Source: Mobula hypostoma (lineage: Eukaryota). From it: a stretch of 64,000 nt of DNA. Below are positions 47,688-60,190 of this stretch, piece by piece (within the stretch, counting starts at the first letter, position 1; each line of letters starts with the position of its first letter). The position numbers and the translations under genes were made by a program. The stretch lies in NCBI RefSeq assembly GCF_963921235.1, contig NC_086097.1, forward strand, positions 89,530,001-89,594,000, given 5' to 3'. The notes under the pieces were generated by a model that ran no database searches, was not told the origin of the DNA, and saw nothing but the letters and a program-made list of their open reading frames with translations.

Positions 47688-50409
47688 CATATAAAAGGTA
47701 GAATTTTCGAATCTAACCCTTTAAAAATGGTTTTAGTAAGATAGAGGGGCAGGTTCTGAAATAGATAGAGCAGTTGGAGAAGAAAGATAATCTTGACTGC
47801 ATTTACTCTACCCACTAAAGAAATTGGGAGAGTCTTCCAAAATTCTATTTTCTTTTTAATCTTTTCAATTAGAGGGATAAAATTTGCTTCAAATAGAGAA
47901 CTGTACATTTTGGTTATTATAATTCCAAGGTAAGTAAACTTCTCAAGGGTTATTTTGAAAGGAAATTGTTTAAGCCCCTCCTGTTTTTCTACTCGGACCG
48001 GGAATAATTCACTTTTCCCCCAATTAATCTTACGCGCTGAGAAAGTGCCAAATAAATTGACTATTTCCAGCAAAACTGGAATAGTAATATATGGTTTTGT
48101 TACAAACAACAAAATATCATCCGCATAAAGGGAAATTTTGTTGACAGTATATTCTGTATTGTACCCATAAATTTCGGGGTGAGAACGTATAGTCTCCACC
48201 AGTGGTTCCAGGGCCAACCCCATCAGTAAGGGACTTAATGTACAACCCTGTCTTGTGCCCCTGTGCAAACTGAATGGTTCTGAGAGGGTCTGATTAGTTA
48301 GTATTTTAGCACTAGAGTTACTGTACAGTAAGACTATCACCTCTCTTGAACCTTTTAGATTGCCACTAAAACTATTTATCTAATCAGCTGAGCAGAAATG
48401 GTTTTACAACTGAATATCCAAAAGACCAAAGCACCTCCCATTGATTCTTCTCTCCATCTCTGTTCCTGTGTACTCACTCCACTTTTTTTCCTTGACGACT
48501 GTCTGAAACTGAACCAGAACAACAACACTTGACTCGGAGATGAGATTAGATCATGTATCTGTGTCCTCATGGGACTGTCCACTTCCATCCTTGTAAGGTT
48601 GCCCAACTTTGACCTTGTTGCTGAAATCCACTCCCACCCCTTTCCACATCTAACAAAAGCAGTTCAGACTCATTGCTGGCTGTCCTCTATAGGTCCTGGT
48701 ATCATCCAAAACTTTGCAGGCCCAGTCCTAGCTTGCTCCATCCAGTTCATCTTTGTGGTTGGCAAATCGACTTCCAGCAATGTGATACAGTGGTGGTAAA
48801 ATTCTCACTTTTGTTTTCAAATCCCTTTGTCATCTCTCTCTATCTCTGTCTCCTCCGTCATTCTTACCATCTTCTGAGGTATCAACATTCTGGATGCTGT
48901 TCAACTCTGTTTAGAGATGGCTCTTGTGCACCCTAAATTCTGCACAATACTTCCTTAAAGTGTTCTCCCTTTTGCACCTTCCATTCCTTCTGTTAAGGAT
49001 GTCCTCAACACTTAACTCTTCATCACCTTGACTCTAAGATCTCCTTGTGGTTCATTATCATATTTGGTAATTGGTTTATTATTATCACACGTACAGTGAG
49101 AAGCTTTGATTTGCATTCCATCCAGACAAATCATTCCAAATATAAGTGCATCAGGTTAGTATAAAAGAAGAAAATAATAAGCAAATGTACAAAATAGTAT
49201 TATGACTACAATGAAAGTGCAGGGCAGGTAGGCTTGATAGGTAAAGGGGTTAATGGTTACAGGGAGAATGTGGGCAAATGGGGTTGGAAAAAATCAGCCT
49301 TGATTGAATGGTGGAGCAGACTCAATGGGCCAAGTGACTTATCTCTGCCCCATATACGTCATTGTCTTCTGGTCTTTTGGCTGATAAGGTGCAAGGACCA
49401 TGTAGACGGTAAGATCAAGAGATCATCTTTATCAATCAAGAGGCCCAATCAATGACTTAGAAGCTGTCCTTGAGATTGGTGGCATGAATTTTCAAGCATT
49501 TGCATTTTTGCCCTATGGAAGGGGGAGAAGAGGGAATGACCAGGATGAGAAGGGTATTTTATTCCATTATATTCATTTTATTTTGATAATTTTCCCTTGG
49601 AGTTTATTAAAACACAATATAGGTTCAAGCTCTGGATGTGCTAATAAATAATCTAGTTATTTTCAAAGAGAAAGTTTTGCACACTGAGAGAAATATTCCT
49701 CAATTAAAGCCAAACAACAAATCATTAGAAGTGTGTTGGATTGTGCTTGAAGTGTTTGAATGGCCAAAACCTGCTTATTTTTGGGGTTAAACTTCCTCAC
49801 ATGTATCACTATCTTGCAGAGTATACAGTATCTGGCTCAGATTTAGTGAATCAGCCTGAGGCTTACTTGGGTGGGAAAATAGGCAACAGTTGCTCGCTCT
49901 CATCAGAAACAGCATGCATGGCTCATTTGGCAATTTGGACTCTATGTCCTGGGCTCTTAGTCGATCAATCACACCTTAAGTGCTCTAGGATGACTTCCAG
50001 AACACTGCCCTTTGTCAGAAGCCATTAATTCTCTCCCTCTAACCATAATTTTAAATGTTCATCTATTGCCAGCTCCCTGTAACTATGTCCCAAGTTTTCC
50101 ATAATAATTTAAATGATGTGTGCACATTCCTGGGCATAAAGTCAAAAGCAGTAAGATTTGCTCATTCTGCATCATAATCTGTACAATATATCAGATCTGT
50201 AGAAGAAACTAGGAGACTGCAAAGAGGCAATGTAAAACATTCTTCCCTTGTTCCCTCCCTATCCGTGATGGCTTGCCAATAGCTCAAATGCTGTTAAGCA
50301 TCTGCTTGTGTTGCTCCTTATAGAGGAAAGTTAAATTATTTTGTCCAGAATTATGCAGGGAGCCAGTTTGATTACATGATCTTGCTTCAAGGTCATTTGA
50401 GAGCAAACC

Positions 50410-50730
50410 AAAGATCTTCCTCCTTGGTCACTTTAGGTTCCCTGGTCCTAAATTCCTCATTTTCACCAGGGTTATCCGGTCCCTATGCTATTCTATCCCC
50501 CAGCAGAAAGGCCTTAAAGCAGTCCACTTCTTTCTAGACAACAGACCTAACAAATTCCCTTCCACCACCACACTCCACCATCTGGCAGAACTAGTCCTCA
50601 CTCTCAATAATTTCTCTTTTAAGGTCTCATCAGCTGTTTATTCCTCCCCATGGATGCTGCCTAACCTGCTGAGTTCTTCCAGTTATTTTTGTCTGTTGCT
50701 CTGGATTTCCAGCAGAATCTCCCATGTTTA
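50410..50730 (+). mobile_element. PLE RT fragment joined to a pLTR relic
   Basis: SIPQQKGLKAVHFFLDNRPNKFPSTTTLHHLAELVLTLNNFSF, then ggatgctgcctaacctgctgagttcttccag. Confidence 0.75.
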
Positions 50731-51422
50731 TTCCTCCTCCTTGTGTGACCTTACACCAAACTTTCATCTCCACCTTGCACACTTGATCCTCTTGTACCTT
50801 ATTGTATTTGTGTTGCCAAACCATATGCCAGTCTTCTCGTCTTTTTCCTTTAGCTTTTTGCTTGTGATTCTTTTTCTATCCCTCTTTTAATGTCTGCTTC
50901 AGCTGGTTTGATAGTTCAGGACATGCTCCGAGGGTTTGATCATAACACCTAGGCCAATGTATCAACATAGTACTGAAGGGTCCAGTGTTAGTTGGAGGTA
51001 CCATCCTTTTGATGGAGTAGCAAACCAAGGTCCATTTGCTTAATAAAAAGGAAGAACTTGCAGTTGTTGAAGATTATAGCTGGGATGGAAATGATGAATC
51101 ATCTTTTTTGGTTTGTCTTTGCATAATTCGAGAATGTAAGAAGTGACTAATCATTATAATCATTCTTGTGACAAAGGGAATTCTTTCCACCCAAAGTAAG
51201 ATTGAAGTCTGGAACTCAAAGCCTGAAAGGATGGTGGGAGCATAACTCCTATTTTCTTCCCACGGAGGGGGTTGGTTAATCTCTGGAATTCTCTACCCCA
51301 GAAATTTGTGGAGGCAGGATTACTAGAGTCTAATGGCATTCCTACCCTTGGCCATTAGACTTTAAGTCAACCTATTGCCAGGGAAGTGATGACCACATCC
51401 TGTTAGATTGTCTGAGGTAAAT

Positions 51423-54400
51423 CCAAGATGGTGTCATGCTAGTGACAGCTGTTTCAGTAGCTCTTGTGTTTTTACTGCTTTTCATATCATTTTATGTTAT
51501 TTTTATGTTTTCTTGTGTGTCATTCTGAATTATTTTGTGCTTAGACCATTTGTGATGGCTATCTTGTATTTGAAGTGAAGGTTGAGTGAAGATTGTGTTC
51601 AATTTCAGAGACAAGCTGATCGAGCTATGCAAGCCGACGCTACTGCCCAGAGTGTCACCCGAGATCCCACGGGAGCATAGGAGGTGACACCGAAGCTGCA
51701 GGGCCAGAGCGAAGGTTAAGTCCAAGAGGAGGACATATAAACCTTCTACCCCCACCATCAGCACGGGAAACATGAGGTCCTTGGGAAATAAGGTGGACGA
51801 GATTGGTGCACTGATTAAGACGAAGAGGGAATACCAGGAGTGCACTGTTCTGTGCTTAACTGAGACCTGGCTACTCATGTACTTTCCGGACCATTGTGCC
51901 TCCATACCCGGCTTCAAGACTGTCTAAGCAGACAGATACGTTACATTGAGTGGTAAGAAGATGGGAGGAGGGATTGTAGTGTTCGTGAACAAAATGTGGT
52001 GTAATCCTGGACATGTTACTGTAAAGGAACATTTATGTAGCCCTGACATCGAGCTTTTAGGCATTGGGATACAATCATATTATTTGCCTCAGGAATTCTC
52101 AGCTGCTGTTTTAGTTGTTGTTTGCACTCAGCCGTCGGCTGACGTGAATGTAGCGTGCAATGTTATTCTTTCAACCATTGCTAGAATACAAACTCAATAT
52201 CCCAATGCTTTTGTGCCTGTTAATGGGGATTTTAATCATGTTTCTCTCAAGGCAACAGTACTAACTTTTCATCAATATGTCAGCTGCCCCACACGGGACA
52301 ACAGAACACTGGACCTTCTGTATGGAAATGTGAAAGATGCATACACTGCCACTGCCCTTCCCCTATTTGGCAGATCTGATCACAACCCGGTCCTGCCAGC
52401 ACCCAGGTACGTGCCTCTAGTCCAGCGGCAGCCTGTGTCAACAAGGATTGTAAGGAGGTGGACTCTGGATGTTCATGAGGCACTGTAGGAATGCTTGGAG
52501 AGGACAGACTGGAATGTGTTATGTGAGCCACACAGGAGGACATTAACAAGATGACTGATTGTATCACAGAAAAAATGCTGAAGGAACTTAGTAGGCCAGG
52601 CAGCATCTATGGAAAATAGTTGATGTTTTGTGCTGAGACCCTTCGTCAAGCCTGCAGAGTTCCTCCAATATTTTGTGTGTGTTGCTTGGATTTCCAGCAT
52701 CTGCAGGTTTTCTCTTGTTTGGGAGACTACGTCAAATTCAGGACTGTACGCTGCTTCCCCAACAACAAGCCCTGGATCATCAGTGACCTGAAAGAACTTC
52801 TGAATAACAAGAAGGAAGCCTTGAGGTCTGGGATAGATTAGAGGCGAGTTCAGGGTGAACTGAGGGGAAAGCTGAGGGAGTGCAAAGAATCCTACAAGAG
52901 GAAGCTGGAGTACAAGCTCCAGCAGAATAGCAGAAGGGACGTGTGGTCGGGCATGAAGCTTCAAGGTTGGGGAAAGGAAGATTGAGGGCTGCCTGCAGAG
53001 GGCCAGCGAATTGAACTTGTTTTTCAACAGGTTCAGCATGAGACCTCCTGCTGTCCCCCTCCTCCACTTGCCCAACCTGACACCCTGCCTGTCCCCGAAG
53101 CCTTCTCCCTCCACCCCTCTGGTGAGTGCTTGTGTTCCAAACCCCCCCAGCTTTGGAGTATCCTGCCTCCATGGGGATGACCACCCTCCCCTGACAGTGA
53201 CTGCAGGTCAGGTTAAGAGACAGCTGGAGAGACTACATCGAGGCAAGGCTACTGGACCAGACACTATCAGCCCCAGGGTACTGAAGGGCAATCCAGCTGT
53301 CTGGTATTTTGAAGCACCTTTACAATCTGAGTCTAAGTCAGGAAAAGATACTGGTGTTATGGAAGACTTCCTGGTTGGTTCCTGTACCCACGAAGGCAAC
53401 TCCATCTGAAGTTAGTGACTACAGACCAATTGCCCCCACATCTCACATGATGGAAGTGCTAGAGAGGTTGGTCCTGACTTACCTTAGACCACAGGTGAGA
53501 TCTTCATTGGACCCTCTACAGTTTGCCTCCCAACCTCATGTGGGAGTGGATGATGCCGTCATCTCCCTGTTGCAGAGAGCTCACTCCCACCTGGATGATG
53601 CTGGTGGCATTGTGAGAATCATACTTCTTGGTTTCTCTAGTGCCTTCAATACAATCCAGCCACTTCTTCTCAGCGAGAAGCTGCAAAAAATGAGCGTAGA
53701 CAAATCCACTATCTCCTGGATTACTGACTACCTGACAGATAGACCCCAGTTTGTGTGGCTGGGTAGTTCTCTGTCTGAGATGGTGCTGAGTGACACTGGA
53801 GCCCCACAAGGGACTGTCATGTCTCCGTTTCTGTTCACACGGTACACCTCAGACTTTCAGTACAAATCTGAGTTTTGTCACTTGCAGAAGTTCTCTGGTG
53901 ACTTTGTGGTGGTTGGATGTATCAGAGATGGGCAGGAGTCAGAGTTCAGAGGACTGGTGGACAAGTTTGTGGAGTGGTGCAGGAGGAATCACCTGCTCTT
54001 GAATGTGGCCAAAACCAGGAAGATGGTGATTGATTTTAAGAGGAAGAGGACAGTGACGAATCCTGTATACATTCTGGGGGAAGAAGTTGTGGTGGAGGAG
54101 GAGGGTGTTCACCTCAACAACAGACTTGACTGGAAGACCAACACCAAGGCTGTTTACATGAAGGGGATGAGCAGACTCTATTTTCTAAGAAAGCTGAGAC
54201 TCTTCAACGTGTGCAGCAGGTTGTTGAAGATCTTTTTCCAGTCTGTGTAGCAAGTACAGTCTTTGTGGCTTTATGCTGGGGGAGCAGCCAGTGCTGATGA
54301 TGCAAAAAAACTAAATAAACTCATCAAAGAGGCTGGATCCATCCTTGGCTACAACCTGGACTTTTTGAGTTAGTGGTGGAGAGGAGGTTACTGAACAAAC

Positions 54401-54777
54401 TATTATCCATTATGGACAATCTGGCACATCTTCTCCATGACCTGCTGAATAAGCAGCAGAGCACCCTTTTGTACAGACTCATTCAGCTCTGCTGTCACGA
54501 GGATTGTTATAGAAAATCTTTCCTACCAAATGCAATAAGCATATACAACGGTTCATCCCTGTGCGACAGGAGAACACACATTTTAGTAAATAGTCTCTGT
54601 TTTATTATTTCATGCATTATTATTGCACAGTATTGCACATTGGTAAATTATTATTGTGTATATTATTATTCTGTATTTTATTATTTGTTAAGTCAGCACA
54701 CTGCTACGTGTGTTTTTAAATGTTGCTGCTGGAACAAAAGAATTTCCCACTTGGGGTCAATAAAGTACTTATTATTT
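51423..54777 (+). mobile_element. Near-full-length Rex1/Babar LINE (single APE-RT ORF, disrupted)
   Basis: 5' ccAAGATGG head. GNMRSLGNKVDE, LCLTETWL, GDFNH, TLDLLY, GRSDHN, FPNNKPWI. RT ORF 53309..54250 with GAPQGT and a mutated FSGD active site. AATAAA tail. Confidence 0.92.
52571..52723. mobile_element. Inverted pLTR pair (PLE-derived) inserted in the Rex LINE
   Basis: A minus arm ending gagacccttcgtcaag (reverse of cttgacgaagggtctc) is followed by a plus arm. Removing it restores actgattgtatcacagactac (TDCITDY). Confidence 0.8.
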
Positions 54778-54911
54778 TTTAAATTCTTTCTTATTTCTCT
54801 TCTAATATGTGTATATTTGTGCATCTGTGCACTTGTAATGCTACTATGACACTGTAATTTCCTTTGGGATCAATAATGTATCTATCCATCTATCTACTGT
54901 ATCTGTCTATT
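54778..54911 (+). mobile_element. Second Rex-type 3' tail ((TATC)n subfamily) directly after the first
   Basis: Reverse complement matches ~28532-28640. Confidence 0.75.
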
Positions 54912-56339
54912 TCAAAGAGGAAATCAGTGTTGTTGAAAGTTCAGAGGATTGAGGGTACAGTAAGGGGTCTGGGGCAGATCAGCCATGATCCTATTGAGTG
55001 GCATTTGTCAAGGAAAGTGTTAACAATTGACCTACAGACCACAATAGGTTAAGGACTGAAATTACCACCATTCTAAAGGTACCAGCAATGGTGATTATAG
55101 GGAGAGGGAGAGAGAACAAGTTAGTGGATGTCTCATTTGGGGCATGTGGGTTCCTCATCCACCAGTGCTCATCCAAGTACTGTTTGAATTACAAGGACAC
55201 AAAACAATATTTTTGAATATAGTGAGGTTAGCATGATCAGATGAGACAGATGACTTTAGACTGAAGGCTGTCAGTAAATTGGTGTTTCCTTCATCTCATA
55301 TTTCAATTAGAAAATTGTAGAACTTTACAGCAGAGAAGGAATCTATTTGGCTTATCACCTCCACCCCTGACAAAAATGGAGCTGTTTAAGTGCTTTTCTC
55401 CCTATTTAGCTCAAAGGGATCATTTAGATTGGCAATATCTTTCCTGATTTTATTTCTGTCCACGCACCCTATGATTAGACTTTGAGGATCATTTCCATAA
55501 TATTACCTACCATAGATGTTAAACTCACTACCCCATTCTCTCCTGGACCACCATTGCTTCCTTTAAAAGAAGGAAAATAGAAACAGTACTTGTCTAAAGT
55601 CTACAGGCAAGTCTTCAGTGTCAGTCATTTTTAGTGCCTTCACGCCAGAGTTTCTGCACTATTCCCCTTTGTCATCTATGTATCTTATTGAGATATACTC
55701 ACCACAAGTTGACACACATAGAAATGTGAACAGCCCTGCTCAAATCTGCAAAAGGCTCTGGAACCCTTTTCAAGTCAGATTAAAGTTGCACATCTTTCCA
55801 GATGGAAATATGAGTCAAAGGCCAATTAGTTATGTTTGTGAGGCAGCCTCTATGTTGTAGTTCTCACACCTACACTTCCACACACTTCCAGCATTCCCAT
55901 TTTATCATTCAGTTTCTTCTAAAAATCAAAGCAAATTCTTAACATATCACTTGCCATGTTTGATTGAAATATTAAGAGCCCTATTGGAATTGAATTCATA
56001 CTTACTTCTTGCCATTTCCTTTCATGGCAGTAACTTTTTTTGTCAACCTCTTAGTGAACTACAGTTCAAGATTTTCAATCCACATTCCTTCGGACTGAAC
56101 AACATGCAGATTTGTCGGTAAATCTGGATCATAGATTCATGATCCTTTTATGTACCTAATGTAATTTTAAATTATTTAACCCAAATTAAAAACTCTATAC
56201 AAATATATAGAACTCATAAAAGCATTTGTTGTATTTATTTATTGTATTAATTAATAGGGGTAAATAGTTCTTGAAGTACCAGTTTGGATTTCCCAATGTT
56301 CTTATAATATGGGTATTAGAATTGGATATCTTCCAGTGT

Positions 56340-56780
56340 ATTTGGAAGTTCCCTCCATGAACTCTGTCTACACTTGTCACTATCTCACTAACATAATCAA
56401 AGACACCACCCACCCCAGACATTTTCCCTTCTCCTCCCTCCCATCGAGCAGAAGGTACAAAAGCCTGAAAGCGTGTATCATCAGGCTCAAGGACAGCTTC
56501 TGTCCTGCTGTTGTAAGAGTATTGTATGATCCTATAGTGCAGTAAGGTAGACTGCTGACCCCACAATCTACCTTGTTATGGGTTTGTACCTTTTTGTTTG
56601 CTTGCACTGCATCTTCCCCTGTAAATGCCACACTTTATTCCGCATTCCCTTGTACTGTACTACCTCAATGCACTGTTGTAATGAAATGACCTACATCAAT
56701 GGAATACAGAACAAAGACTTTTACTGTACCTCCATATGTTCGGTCCATGTGATAATAATAAACCAACTTTATCAATTTAC
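56340..56780 (+). mobile_element. Rex1/Babar-type 3' fragment
   Basis: NIIKDTTHPRHFPFSSLPSSRRYKSLKACIIRLKDSFCP. Confidence 0.75.
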
Positions 56781-57825
56781 GAAATTATGTTACCAACCAG
56801 GCAGGTATGCCTTTAACCACAGTATATTTGCTAGAATTAGTACACATTGATCCATTTCCTTTCATACGTTGATGTTTTCCATAGGCACTCTTTGACCCAT
56901 TGCATTCAGAATTGCCTCTTTGAAAGAAATCTACAGTTCCTCCTCTTGCTTGGGTTGTCATAAGTGGAATGTGATCACATTAGAGCCTCACCCATACTTA
57001 CGCTGGAGATTTGATCAGCCCTATTAATCAAATCCGGGACTTGTTTACAAATTGATTCATGAAATGGTCTTCCATGAACTCTAGCAATCTCTTTTGTCTT
57101 ATCAATAGATGCATTATTGTCCCAGTCTAAATTGAAATCTCCATTTGTGTGTGGTTGGTCTCTCACCAGTCGCCGAGTTTATCTCTTCCCTTAGTTCCAG
57201 ATCAAGCCTTTCACCCTGGACTGTCTGCAGCACATCCCTTGTAAGAGATTACATCTGTTAGCATCTATTAATTCTGCCCAAAGAGATCCTACGTCTGCCC
57301 TCTTCTTTTGTATGTCCTTTCTCACCTGTGCTTCAGTATTGAAGTTCATTTACTGTATTGCGACATTACTTCCTTCCCTGAACAATATATGTCTTTTCAA
57401 ATAGGGTTTCCATTGATTGTAGCCATTCAACCCTAAGATGACCAATCTGTCAACTCCTGCAATACACTCTATTCAAGTCTTATTTGACATACTTCTTACA
57501 TTAATGAAAGCGCAGGTTCCAGCTTTCTATTTACGTTATCAATATTTTTACATTTTTTAAAATATCCTCACTATTAGAAAAAGATTAATTAAACATTGAC
57601 GTACAATTTCACTGGAATGCTTCGGAGTTTGTCCTATCAACTTGGACAATCTACTGTTACTTTTCAAAACCACTTACATCTCAGTTTAAACACTGTGTTA
57701 CCTCCCTGAAAGTAATTCCATATCCGTCAATGCCCATGCCCGTCTCTGGGTTCCTACCTTCCAAATAGTGAACATCAATGACATCAAAAGGAGGAAGAGA
57801 GCTTTTTGATAGAAGGAGATTGAGA

Positions 57826-58100
57826 GACAAACACAAAAAACGCTGGAGGAACTCTGGAGGGAAATAAACCTTCAACTTTTCAGGCCGAGACCCTTCGTTA
57901 GGACTAGCAAGGAAGGGGAGAGAAACCAGAATAAGAAGGAGGTGGAGGGGAAGGAGTGCAAGCTGGCAGGGGATAGGTGAGACCAGGTGAGGCGGAAGGT
58001 GGGTGGGGTGAAAAGCTCTAAGGTGATAGGTGGAAGAGGCAAAGGGCTGAAAAAGAAGGAATCTGATAGGGGGAGGACAGTGGACCATGGAATAAAGGGA
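57826..58100 (-). mobile_element. PLE 3' UTR/pLTR fragment with mutated hammerhead
   Basis: Minus strand tagtcCTAACGAagggtctcggcctGAAAagttga. The purine tract resembles window positions 1-90. Confidence 0.75.
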
Positions 58101-58621
58101 AACATTAGAAACATCCAATTTCTAAATGGTCCATGAACCCATGAACCATTATTCCTTATTCCTCCTTCGGACTATTTATCTATTGATCTATTTAGTGTAA
58201 CACAGTAGGTTTTAATGTCTTTCACTGTACTGCTGCCACAAAACAACAAATTTCATGACATATGTCAGACATAATAAACCTGATTCTGATGTCACAAGAT
58301 AGCTTTTTCTTTTCTCTTTCAGTCTTTATTGTTTGCAGTCAATAACTTGTATCTGTCATTGCATACAATCATTGTCACAGAGCAATGGGATTTCCACATG
58401 GATCTCCCAGAGTCACAGCTGGCTAAAAACATTTAAATAAATAAAATGGCATAGACTCCATTGATACTTACATAAATAATATTTGGCGACACAGAGGAAC
58501 TGTAGAAGATATAGAAGCAAAATGTGCTGATTTCTCCTAGTGTCCTGAATGTTGCAGTAAAATGGAACTCTCACTCTCTGATGCTCTTCATGTCTGAGTC
58601 TAGAAGGCAAAGGAGAGAGGC

Positions 58622-58760
58622 TCACACAAAAAAAGTGCTGGTGGTCAGGCAGCAACTATGGAGGGGAATAAACAGTCGCTGTTTCAGGCCGAGACTTGCT
58701 TATTCCCCTCCATAGATGCTGCCTGACCTGCTGAGTTGTTCTAGTATTTTGTGTGTGTTA
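58622..58760. mobile_element. Degenerate inverted pLTR pair
   Basis: cacacaaaa...ggtcaggcagcaactatggaggggaataa pairs with ttattcccctccatagatgctgcctgacc...ttttgtgtg. Confidence 0.7.
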
Positions 58761-58944
58761 ACACTTTCTATTGTGTTGAAGTGCTATACAATCACCAGAG
58801 TATTTCTGAATAAAGCCATTGTTATTCTGACAAAGGGACTTTGACTTAAAACATTAAATCTGTTTCTCTTTCTACAGATGCTGCTTGCCCCATGGACCTG
58901 TCGGTTAATGGTAAGTGTCTATGGCATAACAAAAAGTTTGGTCC

Positions 58945-59298
58945 CTGTGCTAGCGTTTAGAAAAATGAAAAGTCATCTCATTGAAAAACATAAATTATTA
59001 TGGGTTTGACAGGGTAGACGTAAAGCTCCTGTTTCCCAGGCCTAGTGTGCATAGAACCAGGAGTCACAGTCTCAAAATAAGGGGATGGCCTTTCAGGGCA
59101 AGGATGAAAAGAAGTTTCTTCTGCTCAAGGGCAGTTCTTCTTTGGAGGCCCAGTCACTGAGTATATTGAAGATAAAGATTGATCTGTTAAAGGGTAAAGG
59201 TTAGTATAGGAAAGGTAAAAGGTCAGTCATGATCTAACTGAATGACAGAGTCAGTTCAGAAGGCCAAATAGCTCACTCCTGCTTCTCTTATGTTCTTA
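58945..59298 (+). mobile_element. Old CR1 3' fragment
   Basis: RTRSHSLKIRG; 3' end ggccaaatagctcactcctgcttct...tatgttctta. Confidence 0.65.
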
Positions 59299-59357
59299 CG
59301 CAACAGCAATCATTGCTGGGCATTCTCGGACCTTTTAGGGAAACAAAGCATACTATA

Positions 59358-60190
59358 TCAAAGATTCAAAGTACATTTAATATCAAAGTGTGTGTACAGA
59401 ATATACCTGTGAGATTCGCCCTCCTGCAGGCAGCCACAAAACGAAGCAACACCATGGGACCTGTTCAAGAGAACATCAAACAACAATGCACGAAAAAAGA
59501 ACAAATTGCACAAGTGGCAAATAGCACATCGAAACATCAAACCGGGGGTCCAGTAGTATTCATTTTAGTTCAGCTCAGCACTGCTCCACTAGCCCACTCT
59601 TCAATGTCTCAATTGGAGAGAAGCAATGGAGTCGATCATGGGCTTGCACCCTTGACACTTCAATCAGAGAGAAGCAATGGAGTCGATCATGGGCTTGCAC
59701 CCTTGACACCTCAATCGGAGAGAAGCAACGGAGTTCACCATGGGTTTGCATCCTCGACATCTCAATCGGAGAGAAGCAATGGAGCTGATCATGGGCTTGC
59801 ACCCTTGACACTTCAATCAGAGAGAAGCAACGGAGTTCACCATGGGCTTGTACCCTCAACACCTCAATTGGAGAGAAGCAATGGAGTTCACCATGGGCTT
59901 TCACCTTCGGCGCCTCAATCAGAGAGATGCAAAGGAGTCGATCTTGGGCTTTCACCGTCAACACCTTAATCAAAGAGAAGCAATGGAGTCGATCATGTGC
60001 TTGTACCCTTGACACCTCAATCAGAGAGAAGCAATGGAGTTGATCATGGGCTTGCACCCTTGACACTTCAATCAGAGAGAAACAATGTTCACCATGGGCT
60101 TGCACCCTGTCTCCAGGCCTCCAGGCCACACACTCCCCTCCAAACCTCTCCAAACTCGCTCAGAGATAGCAAAGTGCCATATCGATGAAG
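59358..60190 (-). mobile_element. Non-autonomous retroposon with shared 3' tail, carrying a VNTR
   Basis: Tail tcaaagattcaaagtacatttaatatcaaag on the + strand, homologous to ~17215-17410. Confidence 0.6.
59607..60108. repeat. 51-bp minisatellite, ~10 copies
   Basis: Unit starts at 59609, 59660, 59711 ... 60068 (exact 51-nt period). Consensus ~tcaatcagagagaagcaatggagtcgatcatgggcttgcacccttgacacc. Confidence 0.97.

Larger units (their letters stand above)
42645..48341 (-). mobile_element. L1/Tx1-clade LINE ORF2 3' half, interrupted by a solo LTR
   Basis: RGTRQGCTLSPLL..LALEPL...ISLYADDILLF (ORF 47648..48340). C-terminal Zn-knuckle region KIQHRLHYS...MCEK...HSYALCP (ORF 43020..43385). A-rich tail near 42645. 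ILPFI/WNY is rejoined across the LTR. Confidence 0.9.

Noticed and set aside
53309..54250. Functional reverse transcriptase gene (313 aa ORF)
   Set aside because: It is a fragment of a disrupted Rex LINE, and the catalytic DD is mutated to GD.
57870..57910. Additional active hammerheads (also at 4524, 40267, ~52640, ~58828)
   Set aside because: Each has substitutions in CUGANGA, GAAA or the cleavage triplet, so they are treated as relics.
59607..60108. CRISPR array or repeat-protein gene
   Set aside because: Units are contiguous with no unique spacers, there are no cas genes, and the context is eukaryotic. The ORFs follow from a stop-free unit whose length is a multiple of 3.
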